From an uncultured Clostridia bacterium (GTDB lineage Bacteria > Bacillota > Clostridia > TANB77 > CAG-508), in the NCBI GenBank assembly GCA_944388805.1, contig CALXKE010000010.1, positions 414-64,413 on the forward strand: a stretch of 64,000 bases of DNA, given 5' to 3'. The notes beneath the pieces were generated by a model. That model was given only the letters and a program-made list of their open reading frames with translations. It was not told the DNA's origin and did not search any database. Position 1 is the stretch's first letter. Each line of letters begins with the position of its first letter. Both the position numbers and the translations under genes were made by a program. This document shows positions 38,373-48,047 of this stretch, piece by piece.

Positions 38373-38401
38373 TTGAAAATTTTAAAAGGAAACTATATAA
38401 T
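38373..38401 (+). promoter_or_regulatory. promoter of the ftsZ homologue
   Basis: TTGAAA, 17 nt, TATAAT. Confidence 0.55.
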
Positions 38402-38448
38402 ACTAAGCGATACATACAAAAGTAAATTAGAAAAGGAAGGTTGTAAAA

Positions 38449-39438
38449 ATGATACAAATAGAAAACAAATATGGAAACAATTATGGAAATATATATGGAG
38501 AAATAAAAACATCAATTCCAAAAATAAAAGTCATTGGAATTGGCGGAGGAGGCAATAATGCTGTAAGACAAATGGTGGAAGATAAAGTAAAAGATGTTGA
38601 ATTTTATTTTATTAATACAGAACTTGCCATGTTAAATAAAACAAAAATGGAAAATGTATTACAAATTGGAAAAGAAACTACAAAAGGATTAGGTGCTGGT
38701 GCAAATCCTGATATGGGAGAAAAAGCAGCTATCGAAAGTAAAGAAGATATTAAGAAACTATTAGAAGGTACACAATTATTATTCCTAACAGCAGGAATGG
38801 GAGGAGGAACTGGAACAGGTGCAATCCCTGTAGTTGCAGAAATTGCACAAGAAATGGGAATTCAAACAATTGCGATTGTAACAAAACCATTTCTTTTTGA
38901 AGGAAGATTGAGGTCAAGTAGAGCAGATGCAGGAATTGAAAAATTAAAGCAACATGTCAATAGTTTAATATTAATTTCAAATGATAAATTATTGAAACTT
39001 GCAGGAAGTCAAAAGATGAGTGTCATTAATGCATTTAAAATGGCAGATGATGTATTAGAGCAAGGAATCAAAAGTATAACAGATTTAATTACATCAGTAG
39101 GAGATATCAATGTCGATTTTGCAGATATTACAACAATGCTAACATATAAAGGAATGGCATATATGGGAATTGGAGAAGCAGAAGGGGAAGGTAGAATGTT
39201 AGATGCAGTTAATCAAGCCATTGATAATGCCCTTACAGAAAATAAAATTGATAATGCAAAAGGTGTTATCTTTAATGTTAGAGGAAATTCGGAATTGGCA
39301 TTAAGTGAAATTAATGATGGCATTGGAAAGATTAATGATTTAATTAGTGAAGATGCTAATGTCGTATTTGGTACGATTACAGATGAGTCTTTAGATGATA
39401 AAATTGTGGTTACAGTTATTGCAACTGGTGTAGAGTAG
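38449..39438 (+). CDS. ftsZ: FtsZ homologue lacking the C-terminal linker and tail
   Basis: [13 protein letters not shown], tubulin signature [11 protein letters not shown]7 loop NVDFAD. Ends at VTVIATGVE, directly after the globular core. 329 aa. Confidence 0.85.
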   Translation: MIQIENKYGNNYGNIYGEIKTSIPKIKVIGIGGGGNNAVRQMVEDKVKDVEFYFINTELAMLNKTKMENVLQIGKETTKGLGAGANPDMGEKAAIESKEDIKKLLEGTQLLFLTAGMGGGTGTGAIPVVAEIAQEMGIQTIAIVTKPFLFEGRLRSSRADAGIEKLKQHVNSLILISNDKLLKLAGSQKMSVINAFKMADDVLEQGIKSITDLITSVGDINVDFADITTMLTYKGMAYMGIGEAEGEGRMLDAVNQAIDNALTENKIDNAKGVIFNVRGNSELALSEINDGIGKINDLISEDANVVFGTITDESLDDKIVVTVIATGVE

Positions 39439-39480
39439 AAGATATAATTTATAGAATAACTCAATATTTATAAATTTAAA

Positions 39481-39513
39481 AACAGGATAGCCCCCTTCTA
39501 GGGCTATCCTGTT
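39481..39513. terminator. bidirectional terminator
   Basis: aacaggatagccc-ccttcta-gggctatcctgtt. Confidence 0.7.
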
Positions 39514-39551
39514 GAGGTTTTTAGAAATGATTATTACTGGGCCAAATCATT

Positions 39552-39701
39552 TCATTCTAAAAACCGTGGCCAGAGAGATTCTCTACGTAGCTTCATACTC
39601 ATCTTCTTGCTCCACATACTTTCTGAAGCAAACGTAGATGTCAACATAGAATTATGGCATCGCCTCGATGCACAATAATTCATTTTATGTGAGCATCTCA
39701 T
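39552..39701 (-). CDS. candidate 49-aa Cys/His/Arg-rich small protein
   Basis: GGAGGTG RBS 6 nt upstream of the ATG. MRCSHKMNYCASRRCHNSMLTSTFASESMWSKKMSMKLRRESLWPRFLE. Own promoter at 39798-39826. Hairpin 39515-39566 overlaps the stop. GC-richer than the flanks. Below the ORF-track size cutoff. Confidence 0.4.
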   Translation of the reverse strand: MRCSHKMNYCASRRCHNSMLTSTFASESMWSKKMSMKLRRESLWPRFLE

Positions 39702-39797
39702 AGTTTCACCTCCTTCTAAGAGTGAAAAACAGCCACACTACACCTTAAAAAACAAGATGTAGCTTAAGTTACCATAGGCAAAATACACCTATGCAGC

Positions 39798-39826
39798 TAT
39801 AATAACACAGAAATGTTTAAGTTGCA
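39798..39826 (-). promoter_or_regulatory. promoter of the small Cys-rich ORF
   Basis: Minus strand: TTGCAA, 17 nt, TATTAT. The 16-nt perfect palindrome attttcatatgaaaat (39829-39844) lies just upstream. Confidence 0.45.
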
Positions 39827-39893
39827 AGTATTTTCATATGAAAATGATTACTTATGGGACAAACAATAATCATATAAAATATTCAGAATATTC

Positions 39894-41442
39894 TTAATAA
39901 AACTCTTTCAATTTTCTATAAACACCTTTTTTATCAAAGACAATCATAAAAATCAAATAAAATAGGACAAACAAAGCAATTTGCATAATGGTATTTAATG
40001 AAAAATTTGAAAAAGTGATAGGTAATATTTTAATTAGCCAATAAGATACTAGACAAGCAAGAATAGGTCTTACAACAAATTTTTTAAAATTCACAGAATA
40101 ATTAATTTTTTTCTTTAGTTGAATACTACTAATCGTAAAATTTAAAAGTTCACTCACGAAAATACTTAAAATATATCCATACATTCCCATAATCGGAACA
40201 ATAAAAAAGATAATTGAAATGGTAACTAATAAATCGATAATGTTACAAACCATGACACTCACTTGTTCATTAATACCTTTTAACATATTATCAATAATAT
40301 TATCTATATACATAAAAAAGATAAGAGGTGCTAATACTTTTATCCATTTACCAGCTTCTATGGATTGATACACCATAAGACTAATTTCATTAGCAAATAT
40401 AATAAAAACACCTGTTACACAAATAGAAAAAATAAAAGTAACTTTAAAAATGGTATCACAAACCGTTTTTAGTCTATTATAATTCCCACCAGCAAGCAAT
40501 CGCGAAAATTCTGGAACCAATAACCCACTAAAAGAACCAATGAGAACATTTGCAAACATAATGACAGGCATAACCATTCCGACTAATCAAACCATAGTTA
40601 GAAACAGCTAAAGAATAAGAGATGCCAGATAATTCTAATCGTATTGGAATTAGAAATTGTTTTAAAGAGGAAAGTCCAGAACGAATACAAGAAGTTACAC
40701 TAATTGGAAAAGCAATCGTAAAAATTTTTTTCTTCATTTGTACTGGTAAACTTCTTTTTGATATGTATTTTCTTCTATCAATCAGATAAAAGATGATGTT
40801 TAAACTAAAGGAGAATACTTCAGAAATGACATCAGCTAAAATAAGAAAAATACAAATGGATTCTACATCTTTTGATGGATTAAAATATAGTAAACAAACA
40901 GTAGCGATGATTTTTACACTGGTTTCTAAAATTTGTGAAATCGCACTTTTATATGGCTTTTCCACAGAAGAAAAATACCCACCAATCACAGAAGAAACAG
41001 AAATGAGAGGTAAGCCGAGTGAAATCAGTAAAAGTGGAACTTCTGATACCATATTTTTTAACCAAGTGTCAGAAATAATAGGTGCAAATAGAACAACAAG
41101 AATGGAAGAAAAGACCCCTAATAAAATAGCAAATATAATAGAAGTTTTTACTGCTTTTATGCCATTAATATAATTTCCTTTTGCAAATTCTTCAGAAACA
41201 ATACAAGTACAAGCAATGCCAATTCCAGAGGTAGCAACAGTTATTGCAAAATTGTAAACAGACATAATTAAACTAAAAATACCAATTGCTTCAGAGCCTA
41301 CTTTATTGGCTACATATATATTAAAAATTAATCCAATACCACGCATGCTAAGTGCGGTTATGGTTAAAATAATACCATTAATAAAAAATAATTTTGTCTT
41401 TCTCAAAAATATCACCTTTCTAAATGATATTAAGAAAAACAA
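39894..41442 (-). pseudogene. MOP-superfamily flippase (SpoVB/MurJ-like), frameshifted
   Basis: The two ORFs 40528..41442 and 39894..40577 are the N- and C-halves of a protein with about 14 TMs. The reading ...AVSNYGLIS | GMVMPVIMFANV is restored by deleting one nt near 40580 (agtCgga). This is not a homopolymer. Confidence 0.75.
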
Positions 41443-41447
41443 AAATT

Positions 41448-41479
41448 ATGTCCTTTTGGGGACGTTTCTGTTTGAGACA
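41448..41479 (+). repeat. G-family element G5
   Basis: atgtccttttggggacgtttctgtttgagaca is near-identical (2 substitutions plus 1 indel) to 8180-8211. Confidence 0.8.
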
Positions 41480-41497
41480 ATTGGGGGAAGGAAATAG

Positions 41498-41637
41498 GGG
41501 AATTGGGGACGAAAATCGGGAAATTGGGGACGGACTCATTTTTCCCTTTTTGTATAATTTTTTAAATAATTAAGACTTAAATAAAAAGGGAAAAATGAGT
41601 CCGTCCCCAATTTCCCGATTTCCGTCCCCAATTTCCC
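41498..41637. repeat. G-family element G6: 54-55-nt-arm near-perfect palindrome
   Basis: Arm gggaattggggacgaaaatcgggaaattggggacggactcatttttcccttttt (41498-41551) against the reverse complement of 41583-41637: 1 mismatch plus 1 indel. 31-nt AT loop. Each arm holds two tandem 21-nt GGGAAWTTGGGGACG units. Abuts the stop codon at 41638. Confidence 0.9.
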
Positions 41638-42378
41638 TTATTGTGTTTTTAAAGTCATTAATGTAACATTAACTAAACCTTCTGTAACAGAAGATAATAT
41701 TTTTATATCATTTCCTGTATCATTTCGAAACTTGAAATCATAACTACCATAGGCAACAGCGGCATCTTTATCATCTGGTACATAAGGTACGTGGTTACTA
41801 TGTGGGTGTCTTTCAATAACTGTCAAACTAGAAACGGCTAATACAGCATTATATAATGTGCTGCTGACTTGACAATTACCACCACCATAGCCTTTTTTCT
41901 TATTTCCATCATGATCATAGATATCAGCTTCTAAATATCCTTTATTACTTGTAGCAGGACCTACTGTATTGCAAAAAGAAAATGTTTCACCATTTTTTAC
42001 AATGGTTCCATTTAATGTGGAAGTTGTGATTTCCATGTTTTTTGTTCTATTTGTATCATTAGAATAGATTTTTGTGGAAAAGGCAGAAAGCTGTTCTTCG
42101 ACTGTTTTTGTTGCATTTTCTGTGTTTGAAGTATTTTCAGAATTTGTATTTGTGCTCTCAGTAGTATTATCATTGTCAGAGGATTCGTTATTAGATGTAT
42201 TTTCATCATTAGATTTGTTTTCATCATTATTAGACGTATTGTTTTCGGCAGAGGTTCTATTTGCTTCGTAATTTGTTTCTTCATTATTTGTATTGGTATT
42301 TTGTGCATAAAAGTAGATACCAATGCCGGTTAATATAAGAAGTCCAATGATGATGAAAATCCCTAATTTTTTATTCAT
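41638..42378 (-). CDS. VanW family protein
   Basis: TM anchor, N/S/T/E low-complexity linker, VanW core (GETFSFCNTVGP...GYGGGNCQVSSTLYNA). Confidence 0.8.
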   Translation of the reverse strand: MNKKLGIFIIIGLLILTGIGIYFYAQNTNTNNEETNYEANRTSAENNTSNNDENKSNDENTSNNESSDNDNTTESTNTNSENTSNTENATKTVEEQLSAFSTKIYSNDTNRTKNMEITTSTLNGTIVKNGETFSFCNTVGPATSNKGYLEADIYDHDGNKKKGYGGGNCQVSSTLYNAVLAVSSLTVIERHPHSNHVPYVPDDKDAAVAYGSYDFKFRNDTGNDIKILSSVTEGLVNVTLMTLKTQ

Positions 42379-42482
42379 TCAAATCACCAAGTTTATTGTA
42401 ACCAAAACTTTAAAAAATATTGACAATTCACGAAAAAATATATATAATTATATATGTATATTAATGAAAGGAAGAAAAACAT

Positions 42483-42659
42483 ATGCTTGCTAAATATTGG
42501 AAAAAAATTGGAATGGTTATTTTAATAGTAGCTTGTGTATTTAATGTCATGAATAAATTAGTACATAAACTTTCGCTAAACAGCGAAATGTTGTCTTCTG
42601 CACAATATATATATGACCAACAACAAAATGAAACAAATAATGAAAATAACACAAATTAG
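42483..42659 (+). CDS. candidate 58-aa small membrane protein
   Basis: Promoter TTGACA-17-TATAAT (42420-42448), RBS aaaGGAAGaa. MLAKYWKKIGMVILIVACVFNVMNKL... has one TM. Replaces the antisense ORF 42461..42652 from the track. Confidence 0.4.
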   Translation: MLAKYWKKIGMVILIVACVFNVMNKLVHKLSLNSEMLSSAQYIYDQQQNETNNENNTN

Positions 42660-42737
42660 GTCTTGAAAATTATAAAAAAATATGTTATGATAAGAAACAG
42701 TCAGATTATTTCAAATTAAGAAAGAGGTGAACAATCA

Positions 42738-42938
42738 ATGAAAGAAGGAATACATCCAAACTATAACCAAACAACAATCACATGTGCATGTGGTAATGTT
42801 TTAGAAGTTGGTTCAACAAAAAAAGATATTAAAGTAGATATATGCTCTAAATGTCATCCATTCTGGACAGGAAACTTAAGACAAGAAACAGCTGGTGGTA
42901 GAGCAGATAAATTCAAGAAAAAATATGGACTTGCATAA
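42738..42938 (+). CDS. rpmE: 50S ribosomal protein L31 (Zn-ribbon type A)
   Basis: [14 protein letters not shown]...[10 protein letters not shown]. Terminator at 42943-42973. Confidence 0.95.
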   Translation: MKEGIHPNYNQTTITCACGNVLEVGSTKKDIKVDICSKCHPFWTGNLRQETAGGRADKFKKKYGLA

Positions 42939-43050
42939 AAATAAAAGTAGAAAAAATTCTACTTTTATTTTTTAGAAATAGAGCAGTCCTTTATAAGGAA
43001 CAGATTTTTTTTTCAAAATAGAAAACATTGTTTTTCAAAAGTGGAAATAT

Positions 43051-43719
43051 TTATTTATATAATTTTGCAATTTCTTCAGAAGTTAAAATATCTTGCACTT
43101 TTAATTTTGTCATTTTACCAGATAATGGAGAATGAATTACTCCTTTTGTTGTTAAATAAACCAAGTAGTTATATGAAGATAGGAATAATTCTACATTACC
43201 ATTATCATTTGTATCATATCCATATCCAAATTCTATAAACTGGTTATCTTGATTTAGTGTTAAAAATGTCACATATGGTCTAAAATCATTATTTTTATCT
43301 GTAACTTCATAAGTTACTAAAAATACTTCACTAAATGAAACGCCTTCCAATTCAAATTTCTTAATATATTTTATATCCAATAAATTTAAAAGTCTTGCCT
43401 CATCAGAAAGATATGTATAATCAGATAGATCTTTTATAGGATGTAAATCTTTTGTATTTAAAAAGTAAGGATTTATAGTATTTCCTGATATGGCATCAAC
43501 AAAAGATTTCATATCTAACATTCCCCATAAAGCCAATATATGTTTATCAATTTTATGTTTTATATCTCTGTTTAATAAATCGTTTGTATTTAATAATTGT
43601 AAGTCTTCTAAAGAATAGTCTTTATTTTCTTTTCTTGCTTGTCTATATATTTCAATTACATTAGAAGAGCCAGTTCTTTTAGAAGTTTTTGTTTTTAATA
43701 AAGAATCAAAATCTTTCAT
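43051..43719 (-). CDS. hypothetical protein
   Basis: 222-aa ORF with no recognisable motif. Confidence 0.55.
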   Translation of the reverse strand: MKDFDSLLKTKTSKRTGSSNVIEIYRQARKENKDYSLEDLQLLNTNDLLNRDIKHKIDKHILALWGMLDMKSFVDAISGNTINPYFLNTKDLHPIKDLSDYTYLSDEARLLNLLDIKYIKKFELEGVSFSEVFLVTYEVTDKNNDFRPYVTFLTLNQDNQFIEFGYGYDTNDNGNVELFLSSYNYLVYLTTKGVIHSPLSGKMTKLKVQDILTSEEIAKLYK

Positions 43720-43847
43720 ATTCTTAAAATCTCCTTTGTATATCTTTTAGTATATTATATCATTAAAAACATAATTAAAAAAGATTTTACCAACAAATTT
43801 CTTGCAAAAATCCCTAAAATATAATAAAATATGCAGATGATGGAGGT

Positions 43848-45266
43848 ATGATTGTGGATACAATAAATGAAGTAAAAAAACAAGAAGAGTATATAGAAAA
43901 AGTAAAAGAATTAAATAGAGGAAAAACATTAAAATATCACATTTTAACAATGGGATGTCAATTAAATGAAAATGACTCAGAAAAACTTTGTGGCATGTTA
44001 GAAAAAATGGGGTATATAAGAACAGAAAATTTTCAAGATGCTGATTTAAATCTATTTAATACCTGTTGTGTAAGAGAAAATGCGGAGGATAAGCTATTTG
44101 GAAAATTAGGAGAATTAAAACGCGTAAAAGAAGAAAAAGGAACCATTATTGCCATTGGTGGCTGTATGATGCAAGAAAAACATATAACAGATAAAATCAA
44201 AGAAAGCTATCCTTTTGTCGATATCTTATTTGGAACCCATACATTATATCGTTTTCCAGAAGATTTATACAAAGCATTAATGGAAAAGAAAAAACAAGAA
44301 GACATTTTAGATATTGATGGAGAAATATATGAAGGATTACCAATTAAAAGAGATAGTCATATAAAAGCATCTGTTACTATTATGAATGGTTGTAACAATT
44401 TTTGTACCTATTGCATTGTGCCTTATGTAAGAGGGAGAGAAAGAAGTAGAGAACCAAAAGAGATTATCAAAGAAGTACAAGAATTAGCAAAACAAGGATA
44501 TAAAGAAATTACTTTATTAGGGCAAAATGTCAATTCTTATTTACGAGTAGAAAAAGAAAAAGGAAAGCCATTTGAAGAATATGAAGGCGTTCATTCTTTT
44601 GCTACATTACTAAAAGCAATTAATAAAATAGATGGAATTGAAAGAATTCGATTTGTTTCACCACATCCAAAAGATTTTACAGATGATGTGATTGAAGCAA
44701 TTGCCAACTGTGATAAAGTATGCAAATTAATACATTTACCATTACAATCTGGAAATACAAAGGTATTAAAAGAAATGAATCGAAGATATACTAAAGAACA
44801 ATATCTAAATTTAGTAGAGAAAATGAAAGCAAAAATACCAAATCTAACATTATCAACAGACATTATTGTGGGATTTCCAGGAGAAACAGAGGAAGAATTT
44901 GAAGATACATTAGATGTTGTAAGGAAAGTAAAATTTGAACAAGTATATATGTTTATTTATTCGAGAAGAGTAGGAACACCTGGAGACAAAATGGAAAATC
45001 AAATCCCAGAAGAAATCAAACATAAACGTTTTGATAGATTAAAAGTATTGGTGGAAAGTCAAATAGAAGAAAATAACCAAAAATATGTAGGAACGATTCA
45101 AAAAGTATTGGTTGAAGGAACAAGCAAGAATAATGAAGAGATGCTAACAGGAAGAACAGATAGCAATAAAGTGGTTATATTTGAAGGAGATAAAAGTTTG
45201 ATTAATAAGATGATTGATTTAAAGATTGTATCAGAACATATGTGGTATTTGAAAGGAAATATCTAA
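43848..45266 (+). CDS. miaB: tRNA-2-methylthio-N6-dimethylallyladenosine synthase
   Basis: MTTase N-domain (TMGCQLNENDSE), radical SAM CNNFCTYCIVP, TRAM domain. GTG at 43854 is an alternative start with better RBS spacing. Confidence 0.93.
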   Translation: MIVDTINEVKKQEEYIEKVKELNRGKTLKYHILTMGCQLNENDSEKLCGMLEKMGYIRTENFQDADLNLFNTCCVRENAEDKLFGKLGELKRVKEEKGTIIAIGGCMMQEKHITDKIKESYPFVDILFGTHTLYRFPEDLYKALMEKKKQEDILDIDGEIYEGLPIKRDSHIKASVTIMNGCNNFCTYCIVPYVRGRERSREPKEIIKEVQELAKQGYKEITLLGQNVNSYLRVEKEKGKPFEEYEGVHSFATLLKAINKIDGIERIRFVSPHPKDFTDDVIEAIANCDKVCKLIHLPLQSGNTKVLKEMNRRYTKEQYLNLVEKMKAKIPNLTLSTDIIVGFPGETEEEFEDTLDVVRKVKFEQVYMFIYSRRVGTPGDKMENQIPEEIKHKRFDRLKVLVESQIEENNQKYVGTIQKVLVEGTSKNNEEMLTGRTDSNKVVIFEGDKSLINKMIDLKIVSEHMWYLKGNI

Positions 45267-45302
45267 CAGGAAAACAAAAAGAAAAGGAAGGAAGAAATAT
45301 AA

Positions 45303-47930
45303 ATGTCAGAAAATAAAAACAAAGAATTTTCACCTATGATGCAACGATATCTTGAAACAAAAGAACAATACAAAGATTGTATCTTGTTTTACAGATTAGG
45401 TGACTTTTATGAAATGTTTTTTGATGATGCCATTACTGCAGCAAGAGAACTAGAAATTACATTAACAGGAAAAGATTGTGGACAAGAAGAAAGAGCACCA
45501 ATGGCAGGTGTACCACATCATGCTGCTGAAATGTATATCTCAAGACTAATTGCCAAAGGATATAAAGTTGCTATATGTGAACAATTAGAAGACCCTAAAA
45601 ATGCAAAAGGTATTGTCAAAAGAGGGGTTATTAGAGTCGTTACACCAGGTACCATTGTAGAGAGTAATATGCTTGAAGAAAGAAAAAATAACTATATCAT
45701 GTCTATTTTTAAATCTGGAATCTATTTTGGTATAAGTGTATGTGATATATCAACAGGAGAATTTTATGCAGCAGAAATTAAAGACAATAATAATTTCCCA
45801 CAATTGTTAGATGAGATTGCAAGATATTCACCATCAGAATTAGTCATTAATTCTAACTTGGCAGATTGCACAGAAGAAATGAGTAAAATTAGGGAGCGTT
45901 TTAATGCATATATTACAAGATTTCAAGATGAATTTTTCAATAGTAAACCAGATATTATCAAATTACGATTTAACTTAGTGGATACCAATCAAAAGCCAAT
46001 TGAAAACATAGAAGAAAGAAGTTTTGCAGTAGCAAGCATTAATGCGTTAATTGAATACATAGAACAGACACAAATGACTAGCTTAGACCATATTAATAAA
46101 ATTACTATTTATCAAATATCCAAATATATGTCATTAGATGTGAATGCCAGAAGAAATCTAGAAATTACAGAAAAAATGAGAGACAAATCTAAAAAAGGAA
46201 CTTTATTATGGGTATTAGATAAAACTTCAACTTCTATGGGAGGAAGACATTTAAGAAGATGGCTAAATGATCCATTAATTGATACATTAGAAATTAATAG
46301 AAGATTAGAAGCTGTCAAAGAATTAAAAGAAGATGTCATGCTACGAGGTGATGTGATAGATAACCTAAAAAAGGTCTATGATATTGAAAGACTAGCAGGA
46401 AAAATGGCTTATGGTAATGCAAATGCAAGAGATATGATAACTTTAAAAAATTCTTTAGCAAGATTACCAGAGGTTAGAAAAGTACTAGAAAATTGTAAGT
46501 CTTCAATGTTAAAATATATTTATGATAACTTAGATGAGTTAGAAGATATCTATGAATTGATTGAAAAATCCATAGTAGATGATCCACCAATGACTGTAAA
46601 AGATGGCGGAATTATTAAAATGGGATATGATGAAGAGGTTGATAAATTAAAAACAGCAACAACAGAAGGAAAGAATTGGATTATTCAATTGGAAGCTGAT
46701 GAAAAAGAAAAAACAGGAATTAAAAATTTAAAAGTAGGATTTAATAAAGTATTTGGTTACTTCATAGAAGTTACCAAATCAAACTTAGATCAAGTTCCTG
46801 AAAGATATATTAGAAAACAAACTTTGACAAATGCAGAAAGATATATTACAGAAGAATTGAAAAACTTAGAAAACCAAATCTTAGGGGCAGAAGAAAAAGT
46901 CGTTAGCCTAGAATATGACTTATTTACAAAAATAAGAGAAGAAATTGCCAAAAATGTTATCAGATTGCAAAAAACAGCAACAATGGTATCTACTTTAGAT
47001 GTCTTAGCATCATTTGCGCAAGTAGCAGAAGATATGAATTATTGTATGCCACAAGTAGATAACTCAGGAATTATCGATATCAAGGGAGGAAGACACCCTG
47101 TTATAGAAAAAATGCTAGGTACAGGTGAGTTTGTTGAAAATGATACATATCTAGATAAAGATGAAAATAGATTATCTATTATCACAGGACCTAATATGGC
47201 TGGTAAATCAACATATATGAGACAAGTGGCATTGATTACATTAATGGCACAAGTCGGAAGTTTTGTACCAGCAGAAGAAGCTAAAATTGGTGTGGTTGAT
47301 AAAATCTTTACAAGAGTTGGGGCATCTGATGATTTAAGTATGGGACAAAGTACCTTTATGGTAGAAATGATGGAAGTAGCAACGATTTTAAAAGAAGCAA
47401 CACCAAATAGTTTAGTTATCCTAGATGAAATCGGAAGAGGAACATCTACCTATGATGGATTGTCTATTGCTTGGGCAGTAGCAGAATATATAGCTGATAA
47501 AGAAAAATGTGGAGCCAAAACATTATTTGCAACACACTATCATGAATTAACAGAACTAGAAGAGAAGATTGAAGGTGTTAAAAACTATTCTATTGCCGTT
47601 AAAGAAAAAGGAGAAGATATTATCTTTTTAAGAAAGATTGTTAGAGGTGGAACAGATGAAAGTTATGGTATTCATGTAGCAAGATTAGCAGGTGTTCCAA
47701 AACTAGTAACAGAAGAGGCAAATAAAATCTTAAAATCTTTAGAAAGAAAAAATATCTTAACAGGTAAAAAAGAAGAAAAGAAAGATAAGAAACAAGTAGA
47801 AGGACAATTTGATATGTATAATTTCAAATTAGCAGAAATTGCTCATGAGATTGATAAAATCAACCTAAATGAATTAACACCAATTGATGCTCTAAATACA
47901 TTGGTAAGAATAAAAGAAAAGATGAAATAG
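45303..47930 (+). CDS. mutS: DNA mismatch repair protein MutS
   Basis: TPMMQRYLETKEQY, GDFYEMFFDDA, Walker A GPNMAGKST, DEIGRGTSTYDG. 875 aa. Confidence 0.97.
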   Translation: MSENKNKEFSPMMQRYLETKEQYKDCILFYRLGDFYEMFFDDAITAARELEITLTGKDCGQEERAPMAGVPHHAAEMYISRLIAKGYKVAICEQLEDPKNAKGIVKRGVIRVVTPGTIVESNMLEERKNNYIMSIFKSGIYFGISVCDISTGEFYAAEIKDNNNFPQLLDEIARYSPSELVINSNLADCTEEMSKIRERFNAYITRFQDEFFNSKPDIIKLRFNLVDTNQKPIENIEERSFAVASINALIEYIEQTQMTSLDHINKITIYQISKYMSLDVNARRNLEITEKMRDKSKKGTLLWVLDKTSTSMGGRHLRRWLNDPLIDTLEINRRLEAVKELKEDVMLRGDVIDNLKKVYDIERLAGKMAYGNANARDMITLKNSLARLPEVRKVLENCKSSMLKYIYDNLDELEDIYELIEKSIVDDPPMTVKDGGIIKMGYDEEVDKLKTATTEGKNWIIQLEADEKEKTGIKNLKVGFNKVFGYFIEVTKSNLDQVPERYIRKQTLTNAERYITEELKNLENQILGAEEKVVSLEYDLFTKIREEIAKNVIRLQKTATMVSTLDVLASFAQVAEDMNYCMPQVDNSGIIDIKGGRHPVIEKMLGTGEFVENDTYLDKDENRLSIITGPNMAGKSTYMRQVALITLMAQVGSFVPAEEAKIGVVDKIFTRVGASDDLSMGQSTFMVEMMEVATILKEATPNSLVILDEIGRGTSTYDGLSIAWAVAEYIADKEKCGAKTLFATHYHELTELEEKIEGVKNYSIAVKEKGEDIIFLRKIVRGGTDESYGIHVARLAGVPKLVTEEANKILKSLERKNILTGKKEEKKDKKQVEGQFDMYNFKLAEIAHEIDKINLNELTPIDALNTLVRIKEKMK

Positions 47931-48047
47931 CATAAGGAAGAACTTTTGTTATAGATAATAAGCGTAACTCGACAATTTGACATTATGTAACCTATAGAGT
48001 ATAATATTCTTTGAATAAAATTAAAAATAAAAAATCAGGAGGGAAAT

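Noticed and set aside
38373-38558. 61-aa ORF overlapping the ftsZ start
   Set aside because: It begins inside the predicted ftsZ promoter, is Lys/Trp/Arg-rich out-of-frame sequence, and has no RBS.
39440-39893. Known housekeeping ncRNA (SRP RNA, 6S, RNase P) in the 450-nt gap after ftsZ
   Set aside because: I did not find the SRP domain IV motif, the RNase P GAGGAAAGUCC box or a 6S-like long bulged hairpin. The region is better explained by a promoter, a small ORF and terminators. This remains unverified without cmscan.
41497-41540. Tandem 21-nt GGGAAWTTGGGGACG units as a possible mini-CRISPR array
   Set aside because: There are only two directly abutting units per arm, no spacers, no cas genes and no leader. 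The units are part of a palindrome.
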